Of a DNA stretch of 21,470 bases, positions 1-9,872 are shown one piece after another. This stretch comes from Caedimonas varicaedens. GTDB taxonomy: Bacteria; Pseudomonadota; Alphaproteobacteria; Caedimonadales; Caedimonadaceae. The stretch is from NCBI GenBank assembly GCA_001192655.1, contig BBVC01000025.1, positions 1-21,470 on the forward strand, in the 5' to 3' direction. The first letter of the stretch is position 1, and every line of letters starts with the position of its first letter. The position numbers were made by a program, and so were the translations under genes. The notes beneath the pieces were generated by a model. The model made no database searches. It saw only the letters and a list, made by a program, of their open reading frames with translations, and had not been told where the DNA came from.

Positions 1-1
1 T

Positions 2-313
2 TTTAGCTATAACCTTGCTCCTTTTGCCGATACAGCGTGGATTTTAACATTGGGTATGGTAAGCGGCAAAAAGAGAAAACCTTTTATAACAGTAAATTCA
101 GCAGAGTGTTTAGCACAAGCTGCACAAAAGGGGCTAGGAATCATTGCTCTCTCACATGACTCCATGCTTATCGAAAAATGTAACCTAAGGCGAATCTTTC
201 CAACGATAGAAGGACCAACCAATAAAATGCACTACACCTATCCTAAATCCATTAAAAACCTGCCGATAGTCAAACTAATGGAAGACTATTTAAAAAAGTC
301 CCTAAAGTATTAG
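2..313 (+). CDS. LysR-family transcriptional regulator, C-terminal fragment (5' end outside window)
   Basis: Frame 2 is open from the window edge, so the TTG at 50 in the ORF track is probably internal. The sequence ...AECLAQAAQKGLGIIALSHDSMLIE...LPIVKLMEDYLKK resembles the C-terminal effector-binding lobe of LysR-type regulators. The HTH part is not in the window. Confidence 0.55.
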   Translation, partial: FSYNLAPFADTAWILTLGMVSGKKRKPFITVNSAECLAQAAQKGLGIIALSHDSMLIEKCNLRRIFPTIEGPTNKMHYTYPKSIKNLPIVKLMEDYLKKSLKY

Positions 314-318
314 GGACT
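297..318 (+). other. Perfect 9-bp stem / 4-nt loop hairpin spanning the stop codon of the LysR-like gene
   Basis: AGTCCCTAA (297-305) and TTAGGGACT (310-318) are exact reverse complements with loop AGTA. The TAG stop (311-313) lies in the right arm. No U-tract follows, so it is not a classic intrinsic terminator. Confidence 0.3.
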
Positions 319-575
319 ACACTCAACTATTCATGGGTATCCCCGGCCTATCAGGGGCAAGCTTAATATTGACAATTTTCATTGTCACAAAAGATCTATC
401 CATCAATAACTCTTTTCTAAAGAAGAACCTGCAACAAGAATAAAAAGAGAAGTACTCTCCTCAAGCTCGTTGATACCTAAAACTTTACTAAAATTTAGCC
501 TATTAAGCAATTATTCAATTGATTTTGCCCTGCTTGGAAATAAAAGGAAGCTTCGATGCCTTCAAGTTTTTTAAG

Positions 576-1010
576 TCAAGCCCCATACAGGCTTTTGGCG
601 CGGTCTTTAAATGCCTGAATCATCTGAGAGACAGCCTTTGCAAAAATAGTTTCAACAGCCGTCTGAAGAAATCCGGAGCCAAAAGAGAAATCCACCAGAA
701 AATCAATTTCGGAATGCCCATTAGAAAGATCACAAAACTTCCAGTGATTTTTGAGATGCTTCATTTGTCCACCCAAATAGTCTACCCTAATTTCCGCCGG
801 TTCGTTCAGGAAAACATGAGAGCGGAATGTATGGGTAAAAGATTTATAACCAATTGTTAAGTCGGCAATAAAAGAATTCTCATTGCGTGATATGATGCGT
901 GCACTCTGGCACCAGGGGAGAAACAGGGGGTACTTTTCGACATCAGCCACCAAATTAAACATTTGTTCCGCTGAATAGGGAAGGATGCGAATTTCAGCGT
1001 GTTGCGGCAT
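576..1010 (-). CDS. ratA: SRPBCC/START-fold protein of the RatA / COQ10 (ubiquinone-binding) family
   Basis: The N-terminus [34 protein letters not shown] matches the conserved start of alphaproteobacterial RatA/COQ10-like proteins. It is 144 aa, sits immediately downstream of lipA, and its start overlaps the lipA 3' end by 17 nt. Confidence 0.8.
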   Translation of the reverse strand: MPQHAEIRILPYSAEQMFNLVADVEKYPLFLPWCQSARIISRNENSFIADLTIGYKSFTHTFRSHVFLNEPAEIRVDYLGGQMKHLKNHWKFCDLSNGHSEIDFLVDFSFGSGFLQTAVETIFAKAVSQMIQAFKDRAKSLYGA

Positions 1011-1911
1011 GAGTTTTTAATTTTTTCCGAGTTGCTTCGCGCATTCTTTCAAAATCTTCCGCGGCATGATAGGAAGAACGCGTTAAGGGAGAAGCAGAAA
1101 CCATCAAAAAACCCTTTCCACGGGCCATGCGTTCATAGTCCTGAAATTCATCAGGCGTTACAAATCTCATGACAGGGTGGTGTTTGGGTGAGGGCTGAAG
1201 ATATTGGCCGATTGTCATAAAATCTACTTGGGCGGCTCTAAAATCATCCATGACTTGATAAATTTCTGACTTTTCTTCTCCTAGTCCTGCCATAAGTCCC
1301 GATTTTGTAAACATGTGGGGCGCTAGCTCTTTGATTTTTTGGAGCAAGCTGAGAGAATGAAAGTAACGGGCGCCTGGACGAACAGAAGGATAAAGACGCG
1401 GGACAGTTTCAACATTGTGGTTATAAACATCGGGATTAGCTTCTACAACAATCTCTACAGCACCTTCTTTCCGAAGAAAATCCGGTGTCAGCACTTCAAT
1501 GGTTGTTGCGGGAGAAACCTTGCGAATGGCTTTGATCGTGCGGGCAAAATGTTGAGCACCCCCATCGGGCAAATCATCACGGTCTACGGACGTGATCACG
1601 ACGTGAGTCAGTCCTAGTTCGGCAAGAGCGTCAGCAACGCGTTCAGGCTCGTGAGGATCAAGTTTATCCGGTGTTCCTGTTGCAATATTACAGAATCTGC
1701 AAGCGCGCGTGCAGACACTCCCCAGAATCATGACGGTGGCATGTTTCTTAGCCCAGCATTCGCCAATGTTGGGACACGAGGCTTCTTCGCAGACAGTATT
1801 GAGTTTATAGCGACGGATTAGATCGCGCGTCTGCTGATATTCCTTTGAAATAGGAGCTTTTACGCGAATCCAGTCAGGTTTTCCAGGCTTTTTTGTTGCC
1901 GTTGAGTCCAT
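994..1911 (-). CDS. lipA: Lipoyl synthase
   Basis: It has the radical-SAM motif CTRACRFC plus the auxiliary-cluster motif [12 protein letters not shown]. Length (305 aa) and the ...SSYHA tail are typical of LipA. Confidence 0.95.
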   Translation of the reverse strand: MDSTATKKPGKPDWIRVKAPISKEYQQTRDLIRRYKLNTVCEEASCPNIGECWAKKHATVMILGSVCTRACRFCNIATGTPDKLDPHEPERVADALAELGLTHVVITSVDRDDLPDGGAQHFARTIKAIRKVSPATTIEVLTPDFLRKEGAVEIVVEANPDVYNHNVETVPRLYPSVRPGARYFHSLSLLQKIKELAPHMFTKSGLMAGLGEEKSEIYQVMDDFRAAQVDFMTIGQYLQPSPKHHPVMRFVTPDEFQDYERMARGKGFLMVSASPLTRSSYHAAEDFERMREATRKKLKTHAATR

Positions 1912-1925
1912 GATCTCTCTTTCAC

Positions 1926-3323
1926 TTACATATGAATGGCACGACCAAAAGCATCCAGAACAGATTCGTGCATCATCTCTGACAGTGTTGGGTGGGGGAA
2001 AATAGTGTGCATCAGCTCTGCCTCTGTTGCTTCTGCAGCGATCGCGATAGCATATCCCTGGATTAATTCTGTCACTTCAGCGCCAATCATATGTGCTCCC
2101 AAAAGCTCCCCTGTTTTGGCGTCAAAGATTGTTTTAACCAGGCCTTCGGGTTCACCCAAGGCAATAGCTTTGCCATTGCCTATAAAAGGGAAACGCCCAA
2201 CCTTAATATCGCCTCTTGCTTCACGGGCTTTCTTTTCAGAAAGGCCGATACTGGCAATTTGTGGTTGGCTATAGGTGCAGCCTGGAATATTTTCGCGCTT
2301 TAAGGGGTGTAATCCCTGGATCCCTGCAATGCGCTCAATCGTCAGAATGCCTTCATGACTGGCCTTGTGGGCAAGCCACGGAGCACCGGCAACATCACCA
2401 ATGGCATAAATGCCACTTTCACCTGTTTCAGACCATTCATTAACGATAATGTGATTCTTTTCAACTTTAACTTTCGTTCCTTCCAGGCCTAAATCTTCTG
2501 TATTCCCCGTAATACCGACGGCAAGTATCACTTTTTCGACTTCAAGGGATTCTTCTCCTTTTGATGTTTTAAGAAGAGCCTTGACGCTATGAGATGTACT
2601 TTTCAGGGAATGAAGAGACGTGGAAGTCTTAATCCTGATTCCTTTTTTCTCGAAAGCTTTTTGGGCAAGACCGGAAATTTCCTCATCCTCAGCGGGTAAA
2701 ATGCGTTCCATCACTTCAACGACTGTGACTTGAGAGCCCATGGCAGCATAAAAACTGGCAAATTCGATCCCAATGGCGCCTGATCCCACAATCAAAAGGG
2801 TTTTGGGAAGCTTTTCAGGAATCATTGCTTCGCGATAAGTCCAAATATTTTTACCGTCCGCCCTGATATCTGGAAGATCCCGTGCGCGAGCACCTGTTGC
2901 AAGGATGACATGAGGCGCTGTCAAGACATCTGATCCCGCAGTTACTTTCATATTTTTACCGGCTCGTCCAGCAAGTTTTCCTTTAGCGGTATAAACGGTG
3001 ACTTTATTCTTCTTGAGAAGATGCTGAATACCTTTTGTGAGTTGATTGGATATATTCCTGGATCTTTCCACTATTTTGGAAAGGTTAAACCCCCGTTTTT
3101 CAATGGTCAGACCATAAGTCTCAGCATGTTCTATCAATGTATAAATTTCTGAGGATCTCAAGAGAGCTTTCGTCGGAATACAACCCCAATTCAGGCAAAT
3201 GCCCCCCAGATGCGTTGATTCGACCAGGGCTGTTTTCAGATTAAGTTGAGCAGCACGTACAGCAGCAACATAGCCCCCAGGCCCTCCCCCAATAATAATA
3301 ACGTCAAATTGAGTTTCCGCCAC
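1926..3323 (-). CDS. lpdA: Dihydrolipoyl dehydrogenase (E3 component)
   Basis: It has the FAD motif [10 protein letters not shown], the redox-active disulfide [13 protein letters not shown], the NAD motif GSGAIGIEF and the C-terminal HPTLSE interface motif. Length is 465 aa. Confidence 0.93.
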   Translation of the reverse strand: MAETQFDVIIIGGGPGGYVAAVRAAQLNLKTALVESTHLGGICLNWGCIPTKALLRSSEIYTLIEHAETYGLTIEKRGFNLSKIVERSRNISNQLTKGIQHLLKKNKVTVYTAKGKLAGRAGKNMKVTAGSDVLTAPHVILATGARARDLPDIRADGKNIWTYREAMIPEKLPKTLLIVGSGAIGIEFASFYAAMGSQVTVVEVMERILPAEDEEISGLAQKAFEKKGIRIKTSTSLHSLKSTSHSVKALLKTSKGEESLEVEKVILAVGITGNTEDLGLEGTKVKVEKNHIIVNEWSETGESGIYAIGDVAGAPWLAHKASHEGILTIERIAGIQGLHPLKRENIPGCTYSQPQIASIGLSEKKAREARGDIKVGRFPFIGNGKAIALGEPEGLVKTIFDAKTGELLGAHMIGAEVTELIQGYAIAIAAEATEAELMHTIFPHPTLSEMMHESVLDAFGRAIHM

Positions 3324-3437
3324 TGATGCTCTCCAAATGAATACTTTTCACAATATATACAAAAAAACACTATCTTCTGAAGGATGCAAGGCTTAAAATA
3401 CAAAAATTTAAGATCGGTTGTCTGAGGACTTTATAAA

Positions 3438-4136
3438 ATGGCAGAAAGATCATTTACATTATTGGTTGTTGATGACGATCGGCGGTTACGCGATCTTTTG
3501 GAAAAATATTTGATGGAACAGGGTTTTTGGGTGGTGACAGCCCAAAGCGCTGAAGAAGCCCGCGCACGTCTGAATAATGATAATATAGATTTGATAATTC
3601 TTGATTCAATGATGCCCCATGAATCAGGGGTGCAATTTATTCAGAAATGGCGGGCTGATCATTCTCATCCAAAGTACAATCTTCCTGTTTTGATGTTAAC
3701 AGCCCTGGGAGACGTGGAAAACCGCATTGAAGGGTTAGAAGCCGGCGTTGATGATTATCTCTCCAAGCCCTTTGAGCCCCGTGAGCTTATTTTACGCCTT
3801 CATAAGCTTCTTGAGCGCGTTTACGAAAATCGTTTTCCCAACAAATTGATTAAATTGGGAAAATATATTTATGATGTCGGCCGTGAAATGCTTTATCATG
3901 GAAACGAAATCGTCTATTTAACAACGCTTGAGGGAAATCTTTTAAAGATCTTTTCTGCACAGCCCAATGTTGTGTTGACGCGAGAAGAACTGGCAGATAA
4001 GCTTGGACTTAACCCGAGCATTCGTAATGTAGATGTGCAAATGGCTCGATTGCGCAAGAAGATTGAAGATGACCCCAAACAGCCTCTTTATCTTCAGACA
4101 GTTCGTCATCGAGGGTACGTTTTACGGCCAAATTAA
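3438..4136 (+). CDS. OmpR-family DNA-binding response regulator
   Basis: The receiver domain has LLVVDDD, the phospho-acceptor context LIILDSMMP (Asp56), LMLTA and SKPF. The C-terminal winged helix has LT..E..LL, VDVQMARLRKKIE and RHRGYVL. The N-terminus closely resembles E. coli OmpR (LVVDDDxRLRxLLExYLxEQGF). Confidence 0.9.
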   Translation: MAERSFTLLVVDDDRRLRDLLEKYLMEQGFWVVTAQSAEEARARLNNDNIDLIILDSMMPHESGVQFIQKWRADHSHPKYNLPVLMLTALGDVENRIEGLEAGVDDYLSKPFEPRELILRLHKLLERVYENRFPNKLIKLGKYIYDVGREMLYHGNEIVYLTTLEGNLLKIFSAQPNVVLTREELADKLGLNPSIRNVDVQMARLRKKIEDDPKQPLYLQTVRHRGYVLRPN

Positions 4137-5455
4137 TGATCAAGTTCTTTTCTCCTTTTAAATTTTTGAAAAAATTTTTACCCAACAGCCTTTTTGGGCG
4201 ATCTCTGATTATTCTTATTACCCCTATTATTCTTGTGCAATCCATTACAGCCTATATTTTTATTGATCGACATCTGGACAAGGTGACCCAACTTTTGGCA
4301 GATGATATCGCCGGAAAAATTTCAGGTGCCTTAAACATTGTGATACCTGCTTCTGGAGCTGAATTTCCTGCGCTTCAGAGCTATGTTCTAAAGCATTATG
4401 CCTTGGAAATCAGTTTACCTTCTTCCCATAGAAAAGCTCACGAAGCTCTTCAAGTGTCTCCTTACGATGATGAGATTCTTCGTGAAGCACTGAAAAGGTA
4501 TTTTAATTATCCTTTTAAAGTCAGCCTAGAGGATGAGCATTTGATTATTGAGGTTACAACACCCAGAGGTCTTTTCCTTTTCAAGGATCAGTTGAAGCAT
4601 CTTTATCCCAAGACAACGGCGATTTTGTTATGGTGGATTATCCTGACACCTTTTATTTTTCTCTTTATTTCAATTATTTTTCTGAAAAATCAGATAAAAC
4701 CTTTGAGTCGTCTTTCCAGGGTTGTTGATGATTTTGGTCGTGGGCAGAATGTGGATTCCTTAAAACCCACAGGCTCCTTTGAAATGCGGAAGGTAATACA
4801 CGCCTTTAATATTATGAAAGAACGAATCAGGCGCCAGATAACGCAAAGAACAGAAATGTTGGCGGGCATTTCTCATGATTTGAAAACACCTCTGACACGT
4901 ATGGAACTTCAGCTTGCCATGATGAAACCTTCTGAATCCACAGGGCAATTGCGTGAAGATATTAAGGAAATGAGTCATATGATTGAAGAGTTTCTTGCTT
5001 TTGCAAAAGGAGAAGAAGGAGAAGAAACTCAAAGACATAATTTTTCAGAGTTAGTGCTTGCCGTGGCTATGAAATATACCTTTAGTCGTATTACGTTGGA
5101 TATGCCACCGTCTCCTGTTTACTTTTCCTATCGTCAAAATGCCATGACGCGATGTCTGTCAAATCTTATCGGCAATGCCATGAAATATGCCAAAAATCTT
5201 CGGATTACTTTAACCCGCCGCAAGAATCATATTAAGATTTATTTTGATGATGATGGTCCGGGTATTTCTGAGTTCTACAGAGAAGAAGTTTTTCGTCCCT
5301 TTTTTCGCTTAGAGGAATCGCGTAACAATGAAACAGGGGGGGTAGGATTAGGACTGGCAATAACACGTGATATCATTCATGCTCATGGTGGAACAATCTG
5401 TCTCGAAGATTCTTCTCTGGGTGGGTTGCGTGTGAGTATCAGATTGCCCATCTAA
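4136..5455 (+). CDS. EnvZ-like sensor histidine kinase (2 TM, periplasmic loop, HAMP, HisKA, HATPase_c)
   Basis: It has two hydrophobic segments (LIILITPIILVQSITAYIFI and AILLWWIILTPFIFLFISIIFL). It also has the H-box GISHDLKTPLTRM, N-box NLIGNAMKYA, G1 DDDGPGI, F-box FRPFFR and G2 GGVGLGLAI. Its start overlaps the regulator stop (TAATG). Confidence 0.88.
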   Translation: MIKFFSPFKFLKKFLPNSLFGRSLIILITPIILVQSITAYIFIDRHLDKVTQLLADDIAGKISGALNIVIPASGAEFPALQSYVLKHYALEISLPSSHRKAHEALQVSPYDDEILREALKRYFNYPFKVSLEDEHLIIEVTTPRGLFLFKDQLKHLYPKTTAILLWWIILTPFIFLFISIIFLKNQIKPLSRLSRVVDDFGRGQNVDSLKPTGSFEMRKVIHAFNIMKERIRRQITQRTEMLAGISHDLKTPLTRMELQLAMMKPSESTGQLREDIKEMSHMIEEFLAFAKGEEGEETQRHNFSELVLAVAMKYTFSRITLDMPPSPVYFSYRQNAMTRCLSNLIGNAMKYAKNLRITLTRRKNHIKIYFDDDGPGISEFYREEVFRPFFRLEESRNNETGGVGLGLAITRDIIHAHGGTICLEDSSLGGLRVSIRLPI

Positions 5456-5456
5456 T

Positions 5457-6299
5457 ATGAATTACCGTCATCTTTATCACGCCGGCAGCTTTTCTGATGT
5501 CTTTAAGCATTTTATTTTTACAGAGCTTTTATTAAAATTGCGGGAAAAGAAAACACCTTTTTGTGTGATTGATACCCATGCGGGCTTGGGACTTTATAAT
5601 ATCCACTCAATGGAAGCTCAAAAAACTCTGGAATATCAGACAGGCATTGAGTATTTTCTTCAAAATGCGTCAAAAGACCCTGACTTGGATGCCTATATTC
5701 GTGTCGTTCGTTCAGTTAATGGGAGTGAAGAAAAACTGAAAAATTATCCCGGATCCCCTTTTTTTGCGCGCTTTTATCTTGGAAAAAATGATCGTTTAAG
5801 ACTTTCGGAACTTCATCTTGAAGACATCAAAGTCCTGAACGGCTTTTTTGAAAAAGACCCACGGATTAAAGTGTTTTTTCAAGATGGATACCAGTCTTTA
5901 AAAGCACTTTTGCCTCCACCAGAGCGGCGAGGGGTTGTGTTGATTGATCCCCCCTTTGAAAGGCGGGATGAATTTAAGGCGATTATTGAAGGATTAAAAG
6001 AAGCTCAAAAACGTTTTGCTCACGGCATTTATGCTATTTGGTATCCTCTTAAAGAAATGAAGATCGTGGATCAATTTTACAAGGAGTTGAGCTGCTTGGG
6101 TTTTGGAAATATTTTGCGTCTTGAAATGACAATCCATAGAGAGCCTCAGGAAGAAGGATTGAAGGGATGCGGAATGGCGATTCTTAATCCCCCATGGCAA
6201 CTGGAGGAAAAGATGAAAAAGGTTTTGCCCAGATTCCTGGACTATTTAAATGCCAAGGGAACGATTGTCATCAATAATCAAAAAAACTCACCATCTTGA
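5457..6299 (+). CDS. rlmJ: 23S rRNA (adenine2030-N6)-methyltransferase RlmJ
   Basis: The N-terminus MNYRHLYHAGSFSDVFKH matches the RlmJ signature (SYRHxFHAGNxADVxKH), and the motif IV-like LIDPPFE is present. Length is about 280 aa. Confidence 0.85.
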   Translation: MNYRHLYHAGSFSDVFKHFIFTELLLKLREKKTPFCVIDTHAGLGLYNIHSMEAQKTLEYQTGIEYFLQNASKDPDLDAYIRVVRSVNGSEEKLKNYPGSPFFARFYLGKNDRLRLSELHLEDIKVLNGFFEKDPRIKVFFQDGYQSLKALLPPPERRGVVLIDPPFERRDEFKAIIEGLKEAQKRFAHGIYAIWYPLKEMKIVDQFYKELSCLGFGNILRLEMTIHREPQEEGLKGCGMAILNPPWQLEEKMKKVLPRFLDYLNAKGTIVINNQKNSPS

Positions 6300-6452
6300 G
6301 TTTCTTAAAAAAGAAACATCACCTCTTGCGTCTTTGTCTATCCGTGATAATGTTGGGCTTTATAAGAAGTTGACAGCGTTTGACAGATTTGAGTGACCTC
6401 TCTTTTAACGCCCGAAATTTCATGGAAAAATTTAAAAAGTGATGAGATAGTT

Positions 6453-6740
6453 ATGGTTATAGATTCGTTGATGGTTATAAAAATTGCACATCTCGCGCGA
6501 CTGAAAATACAACCTGCCGAAACTGAATCCTTGATGAAAGATTTGAATCGTATTCTAGAGTGGGTAAAACAATTGGATGAGGTGGATACAACCAATGTAG
6601 AGCCGATGTTCAGTGTGAATCAGGATCAAATGCGTCGTCGGGCTGACCTTGTTACAGATGGAAATTACGCAGAAAGTATTGTTGGAAATGCGCCAGAAAG
6701 TGAACTGAGTATGTTTTCTGTTCCGAAAGTTATTGAATAA
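6453..6740 (+). CDS. gatC: Asp-tRNA(Asn)/Glu-tRNA(Gln) amidotransferase subunit C
   Basis: MVIDSLMVIKIAHLARLKI... aligns residue for residue with typical GatC N-termini (M-x-x-D-x-x-x-V-x-x-IAHLARI). The family is about 95 aa, so I prefer ATG 6453 over the GTG at 6393 in the ORF track. It lies directly upstream of gatA and gatB. Confidence 0.85.
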   Translation: MVIDSLMVIKIAHLARLKIQPAETESLMKDLNRILEWVKQLDEVDTTNVEPMFSVNQDQMRRRADLVTDGNYAESIVGNAPESELSMFSVPKVIE

Positions 6741-6764
6741 TTTATAAATCAGTTAGGTATGTGA

Positions 6765-8249
6765 ATGTCTGATCTTACCAAATTTACTCTTTCAGAGGCA
6801 AAAGAAGGACTTATCAAAAAGTCTTTTTCTGCGTGCGAGCTGACACAGGCTTATCTTAGGCAGACTGAAAAAGGGCGAGACCTTAACGCCTATGTCCTTG
6901 AAACCCCGGAAATTGCCCTAGAGCAAGCCAAAGCGTGTGATGATCGACTTGCCAGGGGAGAGCAGGCTCGTTTGATGGAAGGGATTCCCATTGGCATCAA
7001 AGATCTGTTTTGTACTCAGGGTATTCGTACTACCGCGGGTTCAAAAATCCTGGAAAATTATATCCCTCCCTATGAATCAACTATCACAGAAAAACTGAAA
7101 GCTGCGGGCGCCGTCACCCTTGGCAAGCTTAATATGGATGAATTTGCCATGGGATCGTCGAATTTGACGAGCGCTTTTGGCCCCGTTACAAGTCCGTGGA
7201 AGATAAGAGATGATGCCCGTCAATTTGTGCCGGGAGGTTCTTCGGGAGGATCAGCAACAGTTGTTGCAGCAGGTATGGCTGTAGCCGCGACAGGAACTGA
7301 TACGGGAGGATCTATCCGCCAACCGGCCGCTTTTACAGGAATTGTCGGGTTAAAGCCTACCTATGGTCGTTGTTCTCGATGGGGTATTGTCGCCTTTGCT
7401 TCTTCTCTTGATCAGGCAGGACCCATGACCAGAACTGTGCGCGATTGTGCCGTCATGATGGAAGCGATGGCGGGATTTGATCCCAGAGATGCAACATCTG
7501 TTGATCTTCCTGTCCCCTCTTATGAATCAAGTCTGACGGGTAATATCAAGGGTCTGTGCGTCGGGATTCCCAGGGAATATCGTGTGGAAGGCATGAATCC
7601 TGAAATTGAACAACTCTGGTCAAAAGGAATAGAATGGATGAAATCTGCGGGTGCAGAAATTGTGGATATTTCTCTTCCCCATACAAAATACGCGCTGCCA
7701 GTCTATTATATTCTAGCGCCTGCCGAAGCATCCTCTAATCTTGCTCGTTATGACGGGGTTCGCTATGGATTGCGTGTTCCTGGTGACACTCTTGAAGATA
7801 TGTATGAGAAAACTCGTTCAGCAGGTTTCGGGAAAGAAGTCAAACGGCGAATCATGATGGGAACCTACGTGTTATCAGCGGGATATTATGATGCCTATTA
7901 TTTGAAAGCTCAGAAAATTCGTCGTCTTATCACCCGGGATTTTCAGGAAGCTTATAAAAAAGTAGATCTTATCCTGACACCAACGACGCCAAACGCAGCA
8001 TTTGCCATTGGAGAGGAGCCCAAAGATCCAGTCACGATGTATATGAATGATGTGCTGACGGTTCCTGCTAATTTGGCAGGTCTTCCTGCTCTTTCAGTAC
8101 CCGCAGGGTTAACAGGCGAGGGGATGCCGCTGGGTCTTCAAGTTATTGCTCCTGCCTTTGAAGAGGAACGCATTCTGAATGCCGGATATCTTATTGAAAA
8201 TGCGGCTGAATTTTCTAATCAAGTTAAGGAATTGAGAAAAGTATCATGA
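6765..8249 (+). CDS. gatA: Glutamyl-tRNA(Gln) amidotransferase subunit A
   Basis: It has the amidase signature GGSSGGSA...[12 protein letters not shown]. It is 494 aa and has an ATGA overlap with gatB. Confidence 0.95.
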   Translation: MSDLTKFTLSEAKEGLIKKSFSACELTQAYLRQTEKGRDLNAYVLETPEIALEQAKACDDRLARGEQARLMEGIPIGIKDLFCTQGIRTTAGSKILENYIPPYESTITEKLKAAGAVTLGKLNMDEFAMGSSNLTSAFGPVTSPWKIRDDARQFVPGGSSGGSATVVAAGMAVAATGTDTGGSIRQPAAFTGIVGLKPTYGRCSRWGIVAFASSLDQAGPMTRTVRDCAVMMEAMAGFDPRDATSVDLPVPSYESSLTGNIKGLCVGIPREYRVEGMNPEIEQLWSKGIEWMKSAGAEIVDISLPHTKYALPVYYILAPAEASSNLARYDGVRYGLRVPGDTLEDMYEKTRSAGFGKEVKRRIMMGTYVLSAGYYDAYYLKAQKIRRLITRDFQEAYKKVDLILTPTTPNAAFAIGEEPKDPVTMYMNDVLTVPANLAGLPALSVPAGLTGEGMPLGLQVIAPAFEEERILNAGYLIENAAEFSNQVKELRKVS

Positions 8250-9733
8250 CGTTACCTTCATCCTGTGTACAAGGCTCAACGGGACTTTGGGAAGTCGTAA
8301 TTGGTCTTGAGGTTCATGCTCAAATTGATTCCAAGTCCAAGCTTTTTTCCGGTGCAGCTACAACGTTTGGCGCTTCTCCCAATACCCAAGTCTCATTTGT
8401 GGATGCGGGATTTCCAGGAATGTTGCCGATTATTAATCAATTTTGTGTGCAGCAGGCGATCAAAACAGGCTTGGGTTTGAATGCTGAAATCAACAAAATG
8501 TCTATTTTCGACCGGAAAAATTATTTTTATCCTGATTTGCCTCAGGGGTATCAAATTTCCCAGTTTAGGTATCCTATTGTAGGGAAGGGATCCCTTAATA
8601 TTGAACTTGAAGACGGTACCGTAAAATCTATAGGAATTACCAGACTTCATCTCGAGCAGGATGCTGGTAAAAGCATACATGATCAACATCCCTCTAAAAG
8701 TTATATTGATCTGAATCGTTCAGGGGTTGCGCTTATGGAGATTGTGACTGAACCTGATATGCGCAGTGCCGAAGAAGCTCAGGCATTTGTGAAAAAATTG
8801 CGTGCGCTTTTAAGATGTCTGGGAACATGTGATGGTAATATGGAGCAAGGCAGCTTGCGTGCGGATGTCAATGTTTCCCTGCGTCGACCTGGTGAGCCTT
8901 TTGGAACGCGCGCTGAAATTAAAAATGTCAATTCTATCCGTTTTATAGGTCAGGCCATTCAATTTGAAATCAAGCGTCAGATGGATATCCTTGAAAAGGG
9001 GAGAACCATAGATCAGGAAACACGACTTTTTGACCCTGGCAAGAATGAGACACGCTCTATGCGCAATAAGGAAGACGCCCATGATTATCGATATTTTCCT
9101 GACCCTGATTTGCCACCCCTGATTTTATCTCAGGAAGAGATTGAGCGTACCCGTGCAACCTTGCCTGAGCTTCCTGATGCTAAAAAGACACGTTTTATCC
9201 AGGACTTTGGTTTGACGTCTTATGATGCAGGGGTCTTGACTTCAGAGGCAGAAACCGCTGATTTCTATGAGAAATGTTTGAGTTTTCGTTCAGATAAATA
9301 TGAAATTCAGAAATTTTCAAAAATCTGTGCCAATTGGATTATTGGCGAATTATTTGCGGCACTTAACCGGGATGCTCTTTCCCTTGAACAATCTCGCATC
9401 ACGCCAGAGGCTCTTGCGGAATTGGTAAAGCTTTTACTGGATAGCGTGATTTCAGGACGAATTGCAAAAGAAATATTTCCTGAGATGTGGGATACAGGTG
9501 ATTTTCCTACGTTGATTGTCAAAAGAAAGGGGCTTGAGCAGGTTAGCGATGATTCTGCCATTTCTGCAAGTATTGATCGTATCTTGGCTGATAACGCAGA
9601 CAAAGTGGCAGAGTATCGTTTTGGAAAAGATAAGCTTTTTGGTTTTTTTGTTGGCCTTGTCATGAGAGAAATGGCCGGTAAGGGGAATCCACAGGTAGTG
9701 AATGAAATACTCAAAAAGAAACTTGATGGATAA
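8246..9733 (+). CDS. gatB: Glutamyl-tRNA(Gln) amidotransferase subunit B
   Basis: It has [41 protein letters not shown] and [11 protein letters not shown], and a C-terminal GatB/YqeY tail. Length is 495 aa. Confidence 0.95.
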   Translation: MTLPSSCVQGSTGLWEVVIGLEVHAQIDSKSKLFSGAATTFGASPNTQVSFVDAGFPGMLPIINQFCVQQAIKTGLGLNAEINKMSIFDRKNYFYPDLPQGYQISQFRYPIVGKGSLNIELEDGTVKSIGITRLHLEQDAGKSIHDQHPSKSYIDLNRSGVALMEIVTEPDMRSAEEAQAFVKKLRALLRCLGTCDGNMEQGSLRADVNVSLRRPGEPFGTRAEIKNVNSIRFIGQAIQFEIKRQMDILEKGRTIDQETRLFDPGKNETRSMRNKEDAHDYRYFPDPDLPPLILSQEEIERTRATLPELPDAKKTRFIQDFGLTSYDAGVLTSEAETADFYEKCLSFRSDKYEIQKFSKICANWIIGELFAALNRDALSLEQSRITPEALAELVKLLLDSVISGRIAKEIFPEMWDTGDFPTLIVKRKGLEQVSDDSAISASIDRILADNADKVAEYRFGKDKLFGFFVGLVMREMAGKGNPQVVNEILKKKLDG

Positions 9734-9872
9734 ATGATGTTGACCGCTCGCCCAGAGTTTTAGATTCTTTGGGTATAATGTGAAAAAAAAATTAAAATTT
9801 ATCAATTTTTTTTGTAAAAATTAATCCACTGGAAAGTAATACAGCTTAGACTGAGAATGAAATCAGATCAGG

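Noticed and set aside
333-443. A 36-codon ORF (MGIPGLSGASLILTIFIVTKDL...) with a hydrophobic core lies in the 263-bp convergent spacer after the LysR-like gene, near a 7-bp inverted repeat TGACAAT-tttc-ATTGTCA (370-387).
   Set aside because: It has no RBS, is too short to assess by eye, and conservation cannot be tested here. The inverted repeat is short and lacks a U-tract. I also looked in this spacer for a small RNA gene (tRNA or 4.5S-like motifs) and saw none.
576-1010. RatA is often annotated as a type II toxin, so this could be a toxin-antitoxin module.
   Set aside because: No small antitoxin-like partner ORF is adjacent. The gene overlaps lipA in a housekeeping operon, and the family is the COQ10/START lipid-binding fold that is widespread next to lipA in alphaproteobacteria. 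The toxin label is probably nominal.
1936-2443. Several 70-112 aa plus-strand ORFs lie inside lpdA. Similar antisense ORFs lie inside lipA, ratA, the kinase, gatA, gatB, ampG, usp, cinA, sfsA, the methyltransferase and nifS.
   Set aside because: All lie wholly within, and antisense to, strongly supported conserved genes and lack motifs. They are typical shadow ORFs.
5337-5343. G7 homopolymer tracts lie inside coding regions (also 10226-10232 and 21067-21073) and could be phase-variation switches.
   Set aside because: The tracts are short, each simply encodes Gly-Gly in conserved glycine-rich motifs of housekeeping-type genes (for example the G2 box of the kinase), and there is no evidence of frame disruption.
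6393-6452. A GTG-initiated 20-codon N-terminal extension of gatC, as given in the ORF track.
   Set aside because: GatC family length and the N-terminal alignment (M-x-x-D-x-x-x-V-x-x-IAHLARL) fit the ATG at 6453, and the extension has no family counterpart.
9740-9779. TTGACC (9740-9745) and a perfect TATAAT (9774-9779) lie upstream of the GGDEF-like gene and could form a sigma70 promoter. A weak 7-bp hairpin lies at 9751-9773 after gatB.
   Set aside because: The hexamers are 28 nt apart, far from the 17 +/- 1 optimum, so they cannot work as a pair. The TATAAT may still be a -10 element with a non-canonical -35. The hairpin has a G-U pair, a 9-nt loop and no U-tract.
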